Source of the DNA: Gekko japonicus
Lineage: Eukaryota
NCBI RefSeq assembly: GCF_001447785.1
Contig: NW_015175977.1
Coordinates: forward strand, 481,258-545,257
Direction of reading: 5' to 3'
Length of the DNA: 64,000 nucleotides
Part shown: positions 12,201 to 25,077 of the stretch, piece by piece
Numbering within the stretch: the first letter of the stretch is position 1
Layout of the letters: every line of letters starts with the position of its first letter
Notes under the pieces: model-generated
Database searches by the model: none
Told to the model about the DNA's origin: nothing
Seen by the model: the letters and a program-made list of their open reading frames with translations, nothing else
Program-made: the position numbers and the translations under genes

Positions 12201-14527
12201 CCGGGGGGGGGGGGGTGTCAGTTATATAGATAGATATGTAGATGGATAGTTTATGACTTTTTCTCGCTCTTAGTCTTGAGTGTATTACGAGCTCACAGCT
12301 GCCCCCCGCCCGCCATTGCTGGTAGGAAGGATGGGAGTAATTTATGGCGCTAACCAGTTTTAATCTAGTTTGTTTGCCTTTAGATTACGCCTTGGTCTAC
12401 TCTTGCAGATGAAAGAGTTGTGCGGGAGTGGATTTGCAGGCTTCAGGAGAGGGGCACCCCTTGGATGCGCAGGTCTTCCCACGGAAAAAAGTCTTAGCCC
12501 AGCCAGCCTCTCTGCTTGATGTACTGCTTTTCTAGTTGCAGAGATCTGGGGTTCTGTTGTGTTTCTTTTTAATGTAACAACACTCAAAAATGGGATTGCC
12601 CACCAGTAACTGGGTGTGGTGCAGTTTATTCTGTCTCCTCAGAGTTCTTGTGTCTCATTCTGAGGCACGTGCAGGCTGTATTTCTAAACTTGTTTTCTCA
12701 GAGCTGGCAGTACAGTCCTAACACAGTTAGGCTCTCTTAAGCCCTCAGAATTAAGTGAGTTTAGAAGGGTGCTACTGCTTTAGTTTGTGCTGATTTATTG
12801 TTTACTTGGATTTGCTAATGACTCAACTTTTTAAAAGATTGAACTGCACATTGTAGAAGGAGAAAATAGAGCATGCCCAAAGTTGGAATTGGCAAAAAAA
12901 GTTCTTTTGAAAGAGAGATAATTGAATCACACCATTGTGTACTAGAGAATGAGTTTTTTAATATCTATATTCTGCTCCAGGCAGGTTTCATAAATGGTAG
13001 CATTGGCAAATGTAAACATCCTTACACATGCTTTCCAATACAATTTTGGAAGCGGAAGTTCTACACGTGGAAATCTCTTCCCCAATCTGAGAATACTGTG
13101 ATGAACAAACCTCAACCTCTCCATCACCTTAGCCCTTTTCACATTTAAATTCCTTGCTGCTTTTGCAAATCTCCCTTTCTACACAACTCAGGTGCATGAA
13201 GGAAAAACATTTGGATCTTTTTCACATATTATGTGTGTTATTGCTCATAGGGAAGGGGAACCTGGGAAAGATCTGCAATGCTGTCTGTAAACTGCTGGAT
13301 GCAGTCTTGTATCTGTATTTTTTCCTCTGGGAGATGAATAGCACCCCCATGGAGGCAGCTGAGATGTGGGAAAGGCGTAAAACCCTCCAGTCCTGATGAC
13401 AATTGCATTCTCTTTTCATGATTTCGACACTCTTGTCATTCAGTGAGTTTCCAGTATCTTAATGCAGGTAGAATTACAAATTAGTTTTTTCTTGCCCTTG
13501 AGCCGTCTTCCCTGCTCCTAGGTGTGGTGTTGACACGTAGTGTCTCATGGCTCAGAAGAAATAAAGAAGGAAGTGCCTGCACTAAAGTGTTGACAGTATT
13601 TTGTAATTGAAGTGGAAAGTTTAGTTTGGCTGGAAAAGCCATACAGGACTCTAAGGAAGAGTTTTGTGTGCTGCTGGCAAAAAAAAAAGAGATGGACAGA
13701 GAGGCAGGGGGTTATTCTCAGGTTACCTGGCCTGAGCAATGGAACATTTCTTTGAGTGAGGGCCCAGGGTGTGGGAGGTGAATGTTTGGACAAACCCAGG
13801 AAAAGGAACACTGTAGGTGGTAGATTGATAAGCAGGAACCTTTTTTTTTTTGAGTGGAGGAGATAGAGGTCAAAAGAAAGAAAAAAAATGCTTTGGGGGA
13901 AACCCAGATAAGCTGTGAGTGCAGAAGCTGGAATGGAAAAGCTAGGGAGGTTTGAAGGACTCCTGGCTCAGAGCATAACAATGAGTCTTAAGGTTCCAAT
14001 GATGAATTAACAAACCCAATATTTAATTACAGATCTTTTAAGTAATAATTGAAATTTAACCAAACCTAATTACAATATTTTGGTACAGGGACACATGGTA
14101 ATATTTGTTTATGTTTCTGTATCTCTTTATTTAATAATTTCCACATTTAGACTCTGATATTAAAATATTGCAATCCCAATTGAGATGGTTAAGTGCTACT
14201 GTTTGGAAATTTTTTAGAGCATTAAACTTCTGTACCAAATTATAGATACATATTTCAGTACTGAGCTTATTCTACCAAGTTTCTTGTAAGCTCTACCAAG
14301 TACCAGTAGTATCCTTAAAGCTGAAAGGTCTTGTTCCTGTATCAGCCTAGTGACTTGCAAACTTAAGCCATACTCTGATAATGCTACTGGTATTACTTGT
14401 ATACTAGTAGTATATTAATACTACTTACTTGGGATGTGGTGATGAAAAATATGAATGTATAAAGTAGAAGTTAAGGCTAGTCAAAGTGTATTTTTTTCTT
14501 AATCTGGAATATTTCTGGGGTTTTTTA

Positions 14528-16310
14528 TCTCTCCCTTATTATAATTGAATAGCAACGTTCTATATCTCAACGTTCTAAATTTGGCCCCTTTAGTGTTAGG
14601 CCGGTGGGACTGCCACTTACCATATCTGCCGACCAATAAGAAGCCGAAGCCCAGTCCCGCCCACACCACCCCGCCCAGCGTTTCAAGGTCTTTTGCATAT
14701 GGAAGCTTATTGGACTTCACTGCATTCCACACCTCAAACTCACCCCCCTCCCCGCAAGGCAGTTGGAATGTCAGTTGCATATGGAACCTTCAAGGTCTTT
14801 TGCATATGAAAGTTGATTGGACTTCACTCCATTCCACACCTCATACTCCCCNNNNNNNNNNNNNNNNNNNNNNNNNNNNNNNNNNNNNNNNNNNNNNNNN
14901 NNNNNNNNNNNNNNNNNNNNNNNNNNNNNNNNNNNNNNNNNNNNNNNNNNNNNNNNNNNNNNNNNNNNNNNNNNNNNNNNNNNNNNNNNNNNNNNNNNNN
15001 NNNNNNNNNNNNNNNNNNNNNNNNNNNNNNNNNNNNNNNNNNNNNNNNNNNNNNNNNNNNNNNNNNNNNNNNNNNNNNNNNNNNNNNNNNNNNNNNNNNN
15101 NNNNNNNNNNNNNNNNNNNNNNNNNNNNNNNNNNNNNNNNNNNNNNNNNNNNNNNNNNNNNNNNNNNNNNNNNNNNNNNNNNNNNNNNNNNNNNNNNNNN
15201 NNNNNNNNNNNNNNNNNNNNNNNNNNNNNNNNNNNNNNNNNNNNNNNNNNNNNNNNNNNNNNNNNNNNNNNNNNNNNNNNNNNNNNNNNNNNNNNNNNNN
15301 NNNNNNNNNNNNNNNNNNNNNNNNNNNNNNNNNNNNNNNNNNNNNNNNNNNNNNNNNNNNNNNNNNNNNNNNNNNNNNNNNNNNNNNNNNNNNNNNNNNN
15401 NNNNNNNNNNNNNNNNNNNNNNNNNNNNNNNNNNNNNNNNNNNNNNNNNNNNNNNNNNNNNNNGGTAGACCCTATGACATTATACCTGCTGAGTCCTTCC
15501 CCCCCCCCCAATGCTGCCCTCTACAGAAGCCACCCCCCAAAACTCCAGGCATTTCCCTCCTTAGAGCTGGCAACCCTACTTTCCCCTCAGTGCCTGTTGG
15601 TAGGCAACTAAGTTTGGTCCAGTCACCTACTTTGGCCTTTGGGAGAAAACATATTGGGGGCAATCCTGATAGGGTTGCCAACTCCAGATGGAAAATTCCT
15701 GGAGATTTGAGGGATGGAGCCTGGAGAGGGTGGGGTTTGCGGGGGGGGACCTCAGACAGGTATAATGCCATAGACTCCACCCTCCAAACTACTCAGTCCC
15801 TCATGGGGAACCATTGTTGCCAATCTCCAGGTGAGGGCTGGAGACTGCTCAAAATTACAATTGCTCTGCAGAAGGGAGGGCAGAAGTCAGCTGAAGTCAA
15901 AGGGGCAGATAATGGTAGGTTGATGGTTAGCTGGGAAGGAGATGGGGTTGCCAACTCCAGGCTGGCAAATTCCTGGGGATTTGAGGGGTGGAGCCTGGAG
16001 AGGGTGGGGTTTGAGGAGGGGTGGGACCTCAGACAGGTACAATGCCATAGACTCCACCCTCCGAACCAGCCATTCCCTCATGGGGATCCATTGTTGCCAA
16101 TCTCCAGGGGAGGGCTGGAGATCACTCAGAATTACAACTCCTCTTCGGATGGTAGAGATCAGTTCCCCTGGAGAAAACGGTAAGCTCTGTGTCATTATAC
16201 CCTGCTGAAGTCACCACAGCAAATTGACACTTTTTGCCCAAAGCCAGAGCACTCCCCCAAAGCCTCTTTCTAGATCTCGTATTTATTTCCACAACGGGCT
16301 TTACTGCTAG
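14528..16310 (+). mobile_element. Non-autonomous Helitron-like element (contains a gap and internal hAT-like repeats)
   Basis: 5' A|TCTCTCCCTTATTATAA; 3' ACAACGGGCTTTACTGCTAG|T; no TSD; both ends resemble the copy at 39293-40442. Confidence 0.7.
15465..16225. repeat. Cluster of hAT-like TAGGGTTGCCAACTCCAG repeat units, two direct and one inverted
   Basis: GGGTTGCCAACTCCAG...GGAGCCTGGAGAGGGTGGGGTTTG near 15670 and 15945; inverted CTGGCAACCCTA ending near 15578. Confidence 0.65.
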
Positions 16311-16386
16311 TTTTAAATATCTGGTGACTATTCTGACTCTTGAGTAAAGCAGCTGTTTACAAGAGATGTTGTTTTTTTCTTCATAG

Positions 16387-16492
16387 ATCCTTTGCATATG
16401 ATACAATTAAAGACAGGCTGCCTGAAATCCTGACTAGAGTTATTGATACTCTGCATCGACATAGAAATGAATTCTTTGAAGAACATGGAGAA
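16387..16492 (+). CDS. ARMT1: ARMT1 exon 2 (SFAYDTIKDRLPEILTRVIDTLHRHRNEFFEEHGE)
   Basis: Matches human SFAYLTIKDRIPQILTKVIDTLHRHKSEFFEKHGE; catag acceptor, gtaaga donor; 106 bp. Confidence 0.96.
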
Positions 16493-16608
16493 GTAAGAAA
16501 CTTTTATCCCTTTGTCTCTTAATGTTGCCTAAGCCTTCCCGTACATTTCTCTTAATTGAGCTGCATGATTAGAGAATCTTCCTCTGTGTTCATTCTAGTC
16601 TAAGTATG

Positions 16609-17136
16609 GGCCTGTTCACACTGAGAAGTTGCTGTGCTAAAGGCACGGATGATAGGTGGAGTTTCGGTGTGCGATCACACCGCAACATCTGGGAAGCGTA
16701 GTTTACCCGTGGCTTCCCGCCGAAAATGCGGAGTAAAAAACTACCACATACAATGTACTAGTTTCCGGAAAATGTGGGGCAAGGGCGGGCGTCTGATCGC
16801 GTTTCCGCTCGAATCCCGTGGCATCCAGCGCCCGTTCATGTCCCGTCGCAAACCGGATGGTTTTTTTAAAGTCTCCACAGGATGCGCTTGCTTGATCATG
16901 CGCATGCGCAAACGTCGGTGGGAAAAAAATCCTGTTTGCCACGGAAGCGGCGCCTAGCGATTGCCGGTGTGATCGCGCCACTTCTTTGCTGCGTTTCAGG
17001 ATAGCCATGTGATCGGCACCTAACGGTGTACCATAGGAACTCCGTGGGACTGTGATCGGGCTGCTGCGCTTTACTTTGCTCATGGGCAAACAGCCACGCC
17101 TCACCCCAGCGTTATCTGGCCCGTGTGACGGGGGCC
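16609..17136. mobile_element. Probable Harbinger-type MITE, CpG-rich
   Basis: Imperfect TIRs GGCCTGTTCACAC / GTGTGACGGGGGCC; abrupt CpG-rich block in an AT-rich intron; TSD ambiguous (ATG/ATA). Confidence 0.55.
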
Positions 17137-17489
17137 ATAATTTGTATTGTGTCCTCCTTTTCCTTCACTGTCTGTACAGTCTCTTTGCTGTCCTTTTGTA
17201 GACTAGGATGTCTTGTTCTCCTGTTTTATTTCTCTATTCTTAATTAAGAATGAGTTTTTCCTATTGTCATTATGTTTCTCAGAGACAGTGTGTTGCTCTG
17301 AATGCTCGATATTATTTCAGAGAATACCAGAGATAGCATTTGCTACAGTGGAATCTGATCAAGGGCTTTGTTTAGGATAACAGAGAATTCCAAACTATGC
17401 TATTAGAAAATTTACTTTTATTATTTCCTATCCCTTCAACCATAGGTTGTTAAGATTTGGGAAAAAGAGAAACAGATCAGTAAATCATT

Positions 17490-17830
17490 GACTATTACAA
17501 CTATTTAAGAACCTGTGCAAGAAATTTGGCAGCAGCTTCCAACCAGTCTGTGGAATTAGAAAACAATAATTTCAAGATAATATAATTACTATAACACTGA
17601 ACATCAGAATTAACAAAAGCTCCCAATATATCACACTGAGCTTTAGCAAACAAGGGACAGTATAACAATACCTGTGAGACAGTTTCTATTCCCAGAAGCA
17701 CAAGAACGCTTTTCCCCATCTAGGAAATGGCTTTGGGTCTTCCAGTGTATTCTGCTGTTGGAAGGGAATTGCACCTTGCTAAAACAATTAAATGTCTATA
17801 TTTACGGTTTTGCATAGTGATCAAATAGTT
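17490..17830 (-). mobile_element. Decayed non-LTR retrotransposon C-terminus (RTE-X-like)
   Basis: Minus translations RHLIVLARCNSLPTA and ETVSQVLLYCPLF resemble the better preserved copy at 62413-63017. Confidence 0.5.
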
Positions 17831-19714
17831 GGCAACTGTAAAACAAGTAGTAGGAATATACTCATAATACAGAGGAGAATATTCCCTATACAAATGATTC
17901 ACGAAAACGACCACAAATTTTGTTAGTCTTTAAGGTGCTACTGGACTCTTACTCTTTTTTATTCCCTATACAAGTCAGATAAGAGCCCAGACGAGTCTTG
18001 CAATAAAATAGCTTATTGTGTTCAATATATGATCAGAGTAATAATTAAATTGTCATCTGATGAAAATCCCAACTTGTGCAGTTTACCAAGAAAAGCATTA
18101 AGACTCGATGATGAATGATTCTTGCCTCATAACACCTACTAACTGAACATCTTGATAGCATATTTCCATGTTATTGATTGTAGGGAACACAATCCAATTT
18201 CTAATCTGATTACTGAATTAGAGTCACAATTGGGAATTCCCAAGATGATTAGAAAAAAACTTATCTGAGATCTCTCAAGATCTGTGACAATCACGTGCTG
18301 CCGTAACACAGCCTGATACAAGGTTGCAGATAATAACTTAAAGAGTTACATAATTCGAGCAGTGCTGAAATGAACTGTCCAGATTTTGTGAATAAAATTT
18401 CCTCAAGGATGTAAACAGAAGCTGAAAGCTACTTATTATGTATTTTAAATGGATTTTCCGTGCCATAAGTGCATCAAAATGGATACCCATATATTTATAA
18501 GAATAAACTTGCTCAAATCCCTACACCCTCCAAGGATCCTCTGCCTTTTTCCAAACACCAATATTTTAGATTTTTTTGATTGATGCTAAGTAACTCCATC
18601 TCAAAGTAATTAATAAATTAAATTTCTTAAGCCTTGCCTAGGTAGTGATAAGTATTAGAAAATTAAAATGGTGTCAGACTTATTGGCCTACCAAAAGAGA
18701 GCCACATATTAGGAATAACACTGTACTTGGAATAAAATACTTTGAAAAGTGTTTGAATAGTTTTATCAGAGCAGGATTTGGAAGCCATTTGAAGGGCTGG
18801 AAAATAGAGAAAGAGAGGCATGGGGGGAAGCTTAGCAAATGGCCTTCTGTGGCTCATGACCTGCAGGAAGAAATGTTCACAGCTGGCATCCAGATGTTTC
18901 TTATTTTGACATACATCAGGAACATCATCAGCTGTGCTGAACTTAGGGATTGTTGCAAGTAGATGGATTTCATAACTGACATTTAGCTTGTAGAGGAATA
19001 ATGTAAGTTATGCTAGCAAATACCTTCACAAGGAATAAAGAGGCAATGGAATTTTACAAGGTTCGGTTGTAACACTCAAACCCACCATATTGTTCCCACA
19101 AAAATCTAAAATACCTCCAAATTGAAATGGAGACGCATTTTTCATTTTATGCCCTCTGAAGGCCTTGCAGTCACTCATTCCCAGATGAAAATTTGATGCT
19201 CCCATTGTTGTTATGCTCATTTATATGCCATTGTCTTGTCCATATTTTCAGTTGGCATAAACAACAGAATCATTGTGGAAGGGTGTGTGTGACAAGATTA
19301 ATTGTCGACAAGCAATTTAAAAAATAGATTTTTGGATCCTGTTGAAGGGAAAACAGCACCTTGCATTTTGTGCTTTGCAAACTTATGAGGAAACTGTGAT
19401 TTACTATTGTACGTGGGTGTTCCTTGTACCCTGAAGTACTTTTACTTACTTACCTTGGCTTACAGCATTATCTGCAGGAAACTGTTTCTCTAGGAATTCA
19501 GTTTAATTCCAAGACTGTGTTTGCTGTCAGAGTAGCTAAACTGAAAGTTATGGGATGTGCACTGTGCACTTTTGAAGTGAATTCTTGACAATCTGTATCC
19601 TATTTAGCTGTTGAGATACATAAAAGGATATTATGTGTTAAATATAGTTATTGAAAAGGTTTATAAACAAATACATATTAGGATTGGAAACCTGTATTTC
19701 CCTTTTTATTTTAG

Positions 19715-19950
19715 AAAGGTGTTGAAGCAGAGAAGAAAGCTATAGCCTATCTCTCCAAGTTACGTAATGAGCTGCAGACAGACAAGCTATTGATTGCTTT
19801 GACTGATAACCTGCCTGATACTGCCCTGTGGAACCAGTACCTAGAATATCAGCAGAATTTATCGTATGGACCACCAAGCTGGTTTAAATCACCTTGGTTA
19901 TATATTGAATGTTACATGTATCGTAGAATTCATGAGGCATTAGTTCTAAA
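19715..19950 (+). CDS. ARMT1: ARMT1 exon 3 (KGVEAEKKAIAYLSKLRNELQTDK...WFKSPWLYIECYMYRRIHEALVL)
   Basis: Manual translation matches human GVEAEKKAISLLSKLRNELQTDK; ttttag acceptor, AA|gtaagt donor; 236 bp, phase 0 to 2. Confidence 0.96.
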
Positions 19951-20931
19951 GTAAGTACATGTGGTGTTTCAGCTTTTTTTGTATGGCTTCCATTTGTTGG
20001 ATAAAGAAACTGGGGGAAAGAATTCAGTTTTAAAGTAAAAGAGAACTTATTTTTGAGTTCCAGCCATATTCCTTTCTTCACTGCTTCTAAACTCATTCTG
20101 GACTATATTTCTGGCTGAAAAATTTGAAATACTTTGGAACGTTTCCATACTTTGCTGGTTCTGTGATCTAGAATCTGCAAAAGTGACACATTTTACTTTT
20201 ATCTATAGCTTAATTCATTTCTGACATCACACTTTCTGGTAGATGAAAAATAGTGAAAACTTTTTTAACTCCATGCAAAATTACCAAATGAAGCCTTCAT
20301 TTGAAAAATATCTAATCATTTATCATCTTTAGGTACAGTTTCTTTAAAATGTATATTATTTATTAACTTATATAGCATGTAATTTTTCTAGAAATGTAGC
20401 GTTTCCAGAAATTTTGAAACGATTGAGTAAGAAACTGTTCCCTCCCCTTTTTAGAAAAAAGACATTTTAAGGAAAATAAGTGGTCAGGAAGCATGGATGG
20501 TGATGAATTGGCTGCCTTCCTCCTTTATAAGTGGTTTCTGATAGCTGCTCGGGATCTTGAAAGAATAATTTTAAAAAACTTGAAGCATTTGAGTTTGAGA
20601 CATGACTTAAAGACCACCCACCTTTCCCAGTGTAATCTGTGCTTTGCATCCTTAGCCTTTGCTAATGAAACACATTCCCTGTAAGCAATAAAAAACAGTT
20701 TCTTATACTACAGTTCTTTTATTATCTGTCTAGTAGTTTAACTGCTGCACACTATTATAACAATAGTGTTTTCCTGTTTCTCATTGCAAATCTACAATAT
20801 TTCAGCAACACTTTGGATTAAATAGGCTTCTGTAGGCTAATGTGGGAGCCTAACCATCATCTGTTACATGTATCTTTAGGGGAAAATGTATTCTGGGTTC
20901 CGAATACTTGACTGACAACAAGAACATATCA

Positions 20932-21631
20932 ATATCATAATGCCGCTATATAAATCAATGGTGCGACCTCATCTGGAATACTATGTGCAATTCTGGTCAC
21001 CACACCTTAAAAAGGATATTATAGCTTTGGAAAAAGTGCAGAAAAGAGCAACTCGAATGATAAAAGGGTTGGAACACTTTCCCTATGAGGAAAGGTTAAG
21101 GCGCTAGGGCTCTTTAGCTTGGAGAAACGACGACTGAGGGGTGACATGATTGAGGTTTATAAGATTATGCATGGGAAAGAGCAGGTAGAGAAAGAGGTAC
21201 TTTTCTCCCTTTCTCACAATACAAGACCCCGTGGGCACTCCATGAAATTGCTGAGCGGTCGGGTTAGAACGGATAAAAGGAAGTACTTCTTCACCCAAAG
21301 AGTGATTAACACTTGGAATTCACTGCCACAGGAAGTGGTGGCAGCTACAAGCATGGACGGCTTTAAAAGGGAATTAGATAAGCATATGGAGCATAGGTCC
21401 ATCAGTGGCTATTAGCCACAAGGTATAGATAGGGACTCTGGGGCAAGTGATGCTCTGTCATCTTGGTGCTTGGGGGGGGGGGTCAACAGTGGGAGGGCTT
21501 CTAATGTCCTGGCCCCACTGGTGGACCTCCTGATGGCACTGGTATTTCTGGCCACTGTGGGATACAGAGTGTTGGACTGGATGGGCCTTTGGCCTGATCC
21601 AACATTGGCATCTCTTATGTTCTTATGTTCT
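20932..21631 (+). mobile_element. CR1 LINE, 5'-truncated 3' end
   Basis: [24 protein letters not shown] and LEKRRLRGDMIEVYKI...FFTQRVINTWNSLP; ends with (TTCTTATG)n. Confidence 0.92.
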
Positions 21632-22324
21632 AACACAACCTGTTTGTATGTTATGGACTTACTGTATAAATAAATAAATAAACAGAGTTCCAAACATTCT
21701 TTCTTAGCACATGCTGCTCATTGCAAAAGTGACAAGTCTGTTTCACAGGAGTTTTCCCTATCCTGAATTTCCCATTTTTTCATTGGATTTTTTAAAATCA
21801 GGAATCGTCGCACCCCCCCCACCCCACCCCCCAGGACTTCACATCTCTAAACCTGCTTATACAGTGCTTAAGGATATGGTAGTACCTCAATTTCTGGGAT
21901 ACAAACTAATGTAAAGCCCTTTTACCTTATATGAAATAAAGCAATTATTTATTTAGTTTATTGGGGAGGGAATGAAAAATTATTTTTTGCTGTTCCTGAA
22001 ATAATTTCTGAGCACTTTCAATTATGATTTACTATACAGATTCTGTACATTTTCCTTATAAAGTGCTATGCAGCCTGTCATGTAAAATGTCGACATTAAC
22101 AGAATGTGTGAATGGTTCAGGAATTCAAGATTAACAAAGATCTGCATTTGTTGAAAATGTTTTGATTACTACATTCTATTCTAAAACTGCCTCTTTTTTA
22201 CTGTACAGAGGATATAAAAGAAGGAAAGTTAACAGATTATTGTTTGTAAATCATGACAAATTATTGATTTACCCCCTTAGTTACAGATATACCCAACCAT
22301 TGATTTGAATATTTAATTTAGATG

Positions 22325-22535
22325 TTTATACTCTGCTTTTCTCCCAGATGGGCCCCAAATTGACTTATATCATCATTCTCCCCTTCATTTTATCTTTACA
22401 ACAGCCACCCTGTGAGGTAGGCTCATCTGAGAGTGACTGGCCCCAGCTCACTTAATGAGTGATGAGTAATGGCGGAGTGGGGATTTGAACCCAGGTTTCC
22501 CAGACCCTAGTCCAGCACTCTTAACAGCTACACTT
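22325..22535 (-). mobile_element. tRNA-derived SINE (Squam3/MIR-like); related copies at ~28575-28752 (-), ~47335-47550 (-) and fragment ~48000-48160 (+)
   Basis: Shared CATTTTATC(C)TCACAACA...CTGTGAGGTAGG core and GGATTTGAACC (reverse B-box). Confidence 0.75.
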
Positions 22536-23039
22536 TGCTGAAAGTGCCTTTCTAACCACAGTTGCACCCTTCTAAATCCATTGACATCAATCAGTTTAGC
22601 AGCATGTAACTCTGCTTAGGATAGAACTGTGAATTGTATAGTGTGGGGTTAAGCACTCCTCAAGAAATGATAGAAGAAGGGAAAATTTTAATAGCACTCC
22701 AAGGAGAGAGTTTAAGATAAGCTGTGGGAGAAAAGGATTTGTGAACAAATGAAAATGTTCTCAAACTCATTCCAAACACTTCATTGGTTAAAGCAAAACA
22801 TGATGTCTGATGTAAAACTGTTGCTAAATATCATCTTGTATTCTCCGTGGCATTGTTTACCCTGTTTCATGACATCGTGTTATGCATTTCCCTATCCCTG
22901 CCCATGATGTGGAGCTGGGTTAGAGAAATGTACAACATACTCTTCAGGAAGTGCAGTAAATGGTCCCACAAGTGAGAGGGAGGAGAACTTGGTATGAGGG
23001 TTCAGTTTTCAGTAATAGTATTTGTTTCTTTCTCTTTAG

Positions 23040-23205
23040 TCCTCCCATCAGTGATTTTGATGTATTTCATGAAGAAAAGGTACATGGTTTCTTCGAATCT
23101 CAGCAAGCTATTATTGTTTTAACTTCATACCTCCAAGAACTGCTGAAAAATATATCAAACGTAGATGAAAAACTTCTTCAGGGGGAATTTTTAAAGCTTT
23201 TGCAG
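23040..23205 (+). CDS. ARMT1: ARMT1 exon 4 (PPISDFDVFHEEK...EFLKLLQ)
   Basis: ctttag acceptor, CAG|gtaaaa donor; 166 bp, phase 2 to 0. Confidence 0.95.
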
Positions 23206-24312
23206 GTAAAATTAATAACATTACAGTTCAGAAACATGTATTACAAATATGATGTAATTCCTAAAGGCACTTTAAGTTTTCAAAGATCAGCTAATAGTGC
23301 TTTTGTTTAGATCAGGTTTTCAAAATGAACTATTCAAAAACTTTCACGTCATCAGAATGAAAAAATCCAGCTCTATATCCCTTTAAAATCCAGCTCTATA
23401 TCCATGGTTTTCTGCAAGATCTTTATGACTGCAGAGAACTGTGATAGAATTGTCACAATATTAGTGGGTGAGCTACTGCTGGGGCTCAGGATAAAAATGC
23501 AGTCAGAAGCCAAAAATAATATGGGGCCTGCTCTGGAACTCACTGAAACTATTCCATGCACACAATTTGATTAATACACGTGGCAGTCTGTAGCATACTG
23601 TTCATATTTATACTGCCAAAATCTCTTAGTTCCTACTTCTCTTTTTTTAGAAGGTAAGTCAGTAGTCCAGCAGTATTCACTCTGTGGCTTGTGGAGCATT
23701 CCCAGTTGCCATCAGCCAAAAGAGCCAGATCTGCTTCCACCCCTGGAATGAGGCCTGCACTTCATTGAGGCTCGCAGCTTAACTGTTCTTCTGACAGCAG
23801 CTGTTTCGGAGTGGGCATCACCTGCCAACCACAAGCCCCACTTTCCTGAAATGTGGGGCAGGTACCACATTGAAGAACAGTGCTCAGAAGAGCCAAGGGT
23901 GGCTCCTGAGCCACAGACTATCACTGCTTTAATCAGCGGGGTAAAGTGTGCCAGTTCTCAATACAAAGCAGAGCTTCAGTCCATTAGAAGCATGCTTCAG
24001 CATGTATGTCTTCAGCTCGACAGGGATATGCATTTATAAATGGGTGGTGAGTGAGTGTGCATGCATCCTGATTCAACAACTGGGCTTGTGTACATAGCCC
24101 TGTTTTTAAAATGTGTAATTTCACCCATCAACTATACGAGGTGATGAAGAGGACTGGATTCAGTGCTCCTTCCCTGCCAGTCAACTGATTGGTGGGATTA
24201 CAGCTTTAAAAATAATTATTTTGGATCAGGCTTAAATGTGTTTGGTGTACGCCAGGTGGATGAATTGCCTGACTGGTATTGCAAAGTTTAACATGTTCTT
24301 TTCCCTCTTTAG

Positions 24313-25077
24313 GTTTCACTGTGGGGCAATAAGTGTGACTTGTCAATATCAGGTGGTAAAGATAATTCTCAGAAGTCAGATCCCTTGGAAACTTTGGAAG
24401 AGTTAAAATCTTTTATTTTGGTGGATCACATGGAAAAGATTTGGTCACTGCTTATAAATGCAAAGAAAATGAATTCACGGACCACTACTAGAATTGACAT
24501 AGTCCTGGATAATGCTGGATTTGAACTTACTGCTGATCTTGTACTAGCTGACTTTTTGGTATCATCAAAGCTGGCTACTGAAATTCATTTTCATGGGAAA
24601 AGTATTCCATGGTATGTATCAGATACTACAGTTCGTGACTTTAACTGGACTATTAAACAAATGCAGTCAGCTAATCATAAGTGGATGTCCAAGTGTGGCA
24701 TGTGCTGGGGGGGCAAAATGAAAAATGGCATTTGGGTTTACCATGATCACGTTTTCTGGACTTTGCCACATGGATTTTCGAGCATGGCTCAGGTTGCTCC
24801 TGATTTGTATGCTGAGTTACAGAAGTCAAACTTAATTCTTTTTAAAGGAGATCTGAACTATAGGAAGTTAACAGGTGACCTAAAATGGGACTTCACAGTG
24901 CCATTCCATCAAGCCTTGAATAGTTTTCATCCTGCCCCCCTCTGCAGCTTAAGAACATTAAAATCTGATGTTCAGGTTGGATTGCAACCTGGGCAAGGTG
25001 AGCGGTTTATGAATACTGAACCTGAATGGATGATAATTGGGAAATATGGTATAGTCCAGTTTGATACTTCTTCATGA
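24313..25077 (+). CDS. ARMT1: ARMT1 exon 5 (last coding exon); DUF89 damage-control phosphatase; spliced CDS 1326 nt = 441 aa
   Basis: VSLWGNKCDLS, VLDNAGFEL, PWYVSDTT, FKGDLNYRKL, LRTLKS motifs; ctttag acceptor; TGA at 25075-25077. Confidence 0.97.
   Translation, partial: VSLWGNKCDLSISGGKDNSQKSDPLETLEELKSFILVDHMEKIWSLLINAKKMNSRTTTRIDIVLDNAGFELTADLVLADFLVSSKLATEIHFHGKSIPWYVSDTTVRDFNWTIKQMQSANHKWMSKCGMCWGGKMKNGIWVYHDHVFWTLPHGFSSMAQVAPDLYAELQKSNLILFKGDLNYRKLTGDLKWDFTVPFHQALNSFHPAPLCSLRTLKSDVQVGLQPGQGERFMNTEPEWMIIGKYGIVQFDTSS

Noticed and set aside
14545-16183. Long ORFs of 246-456 aa (also 39306..40178)
   Set aside because: They are long only because they read through N gaps; the flanks are repeat-derived.
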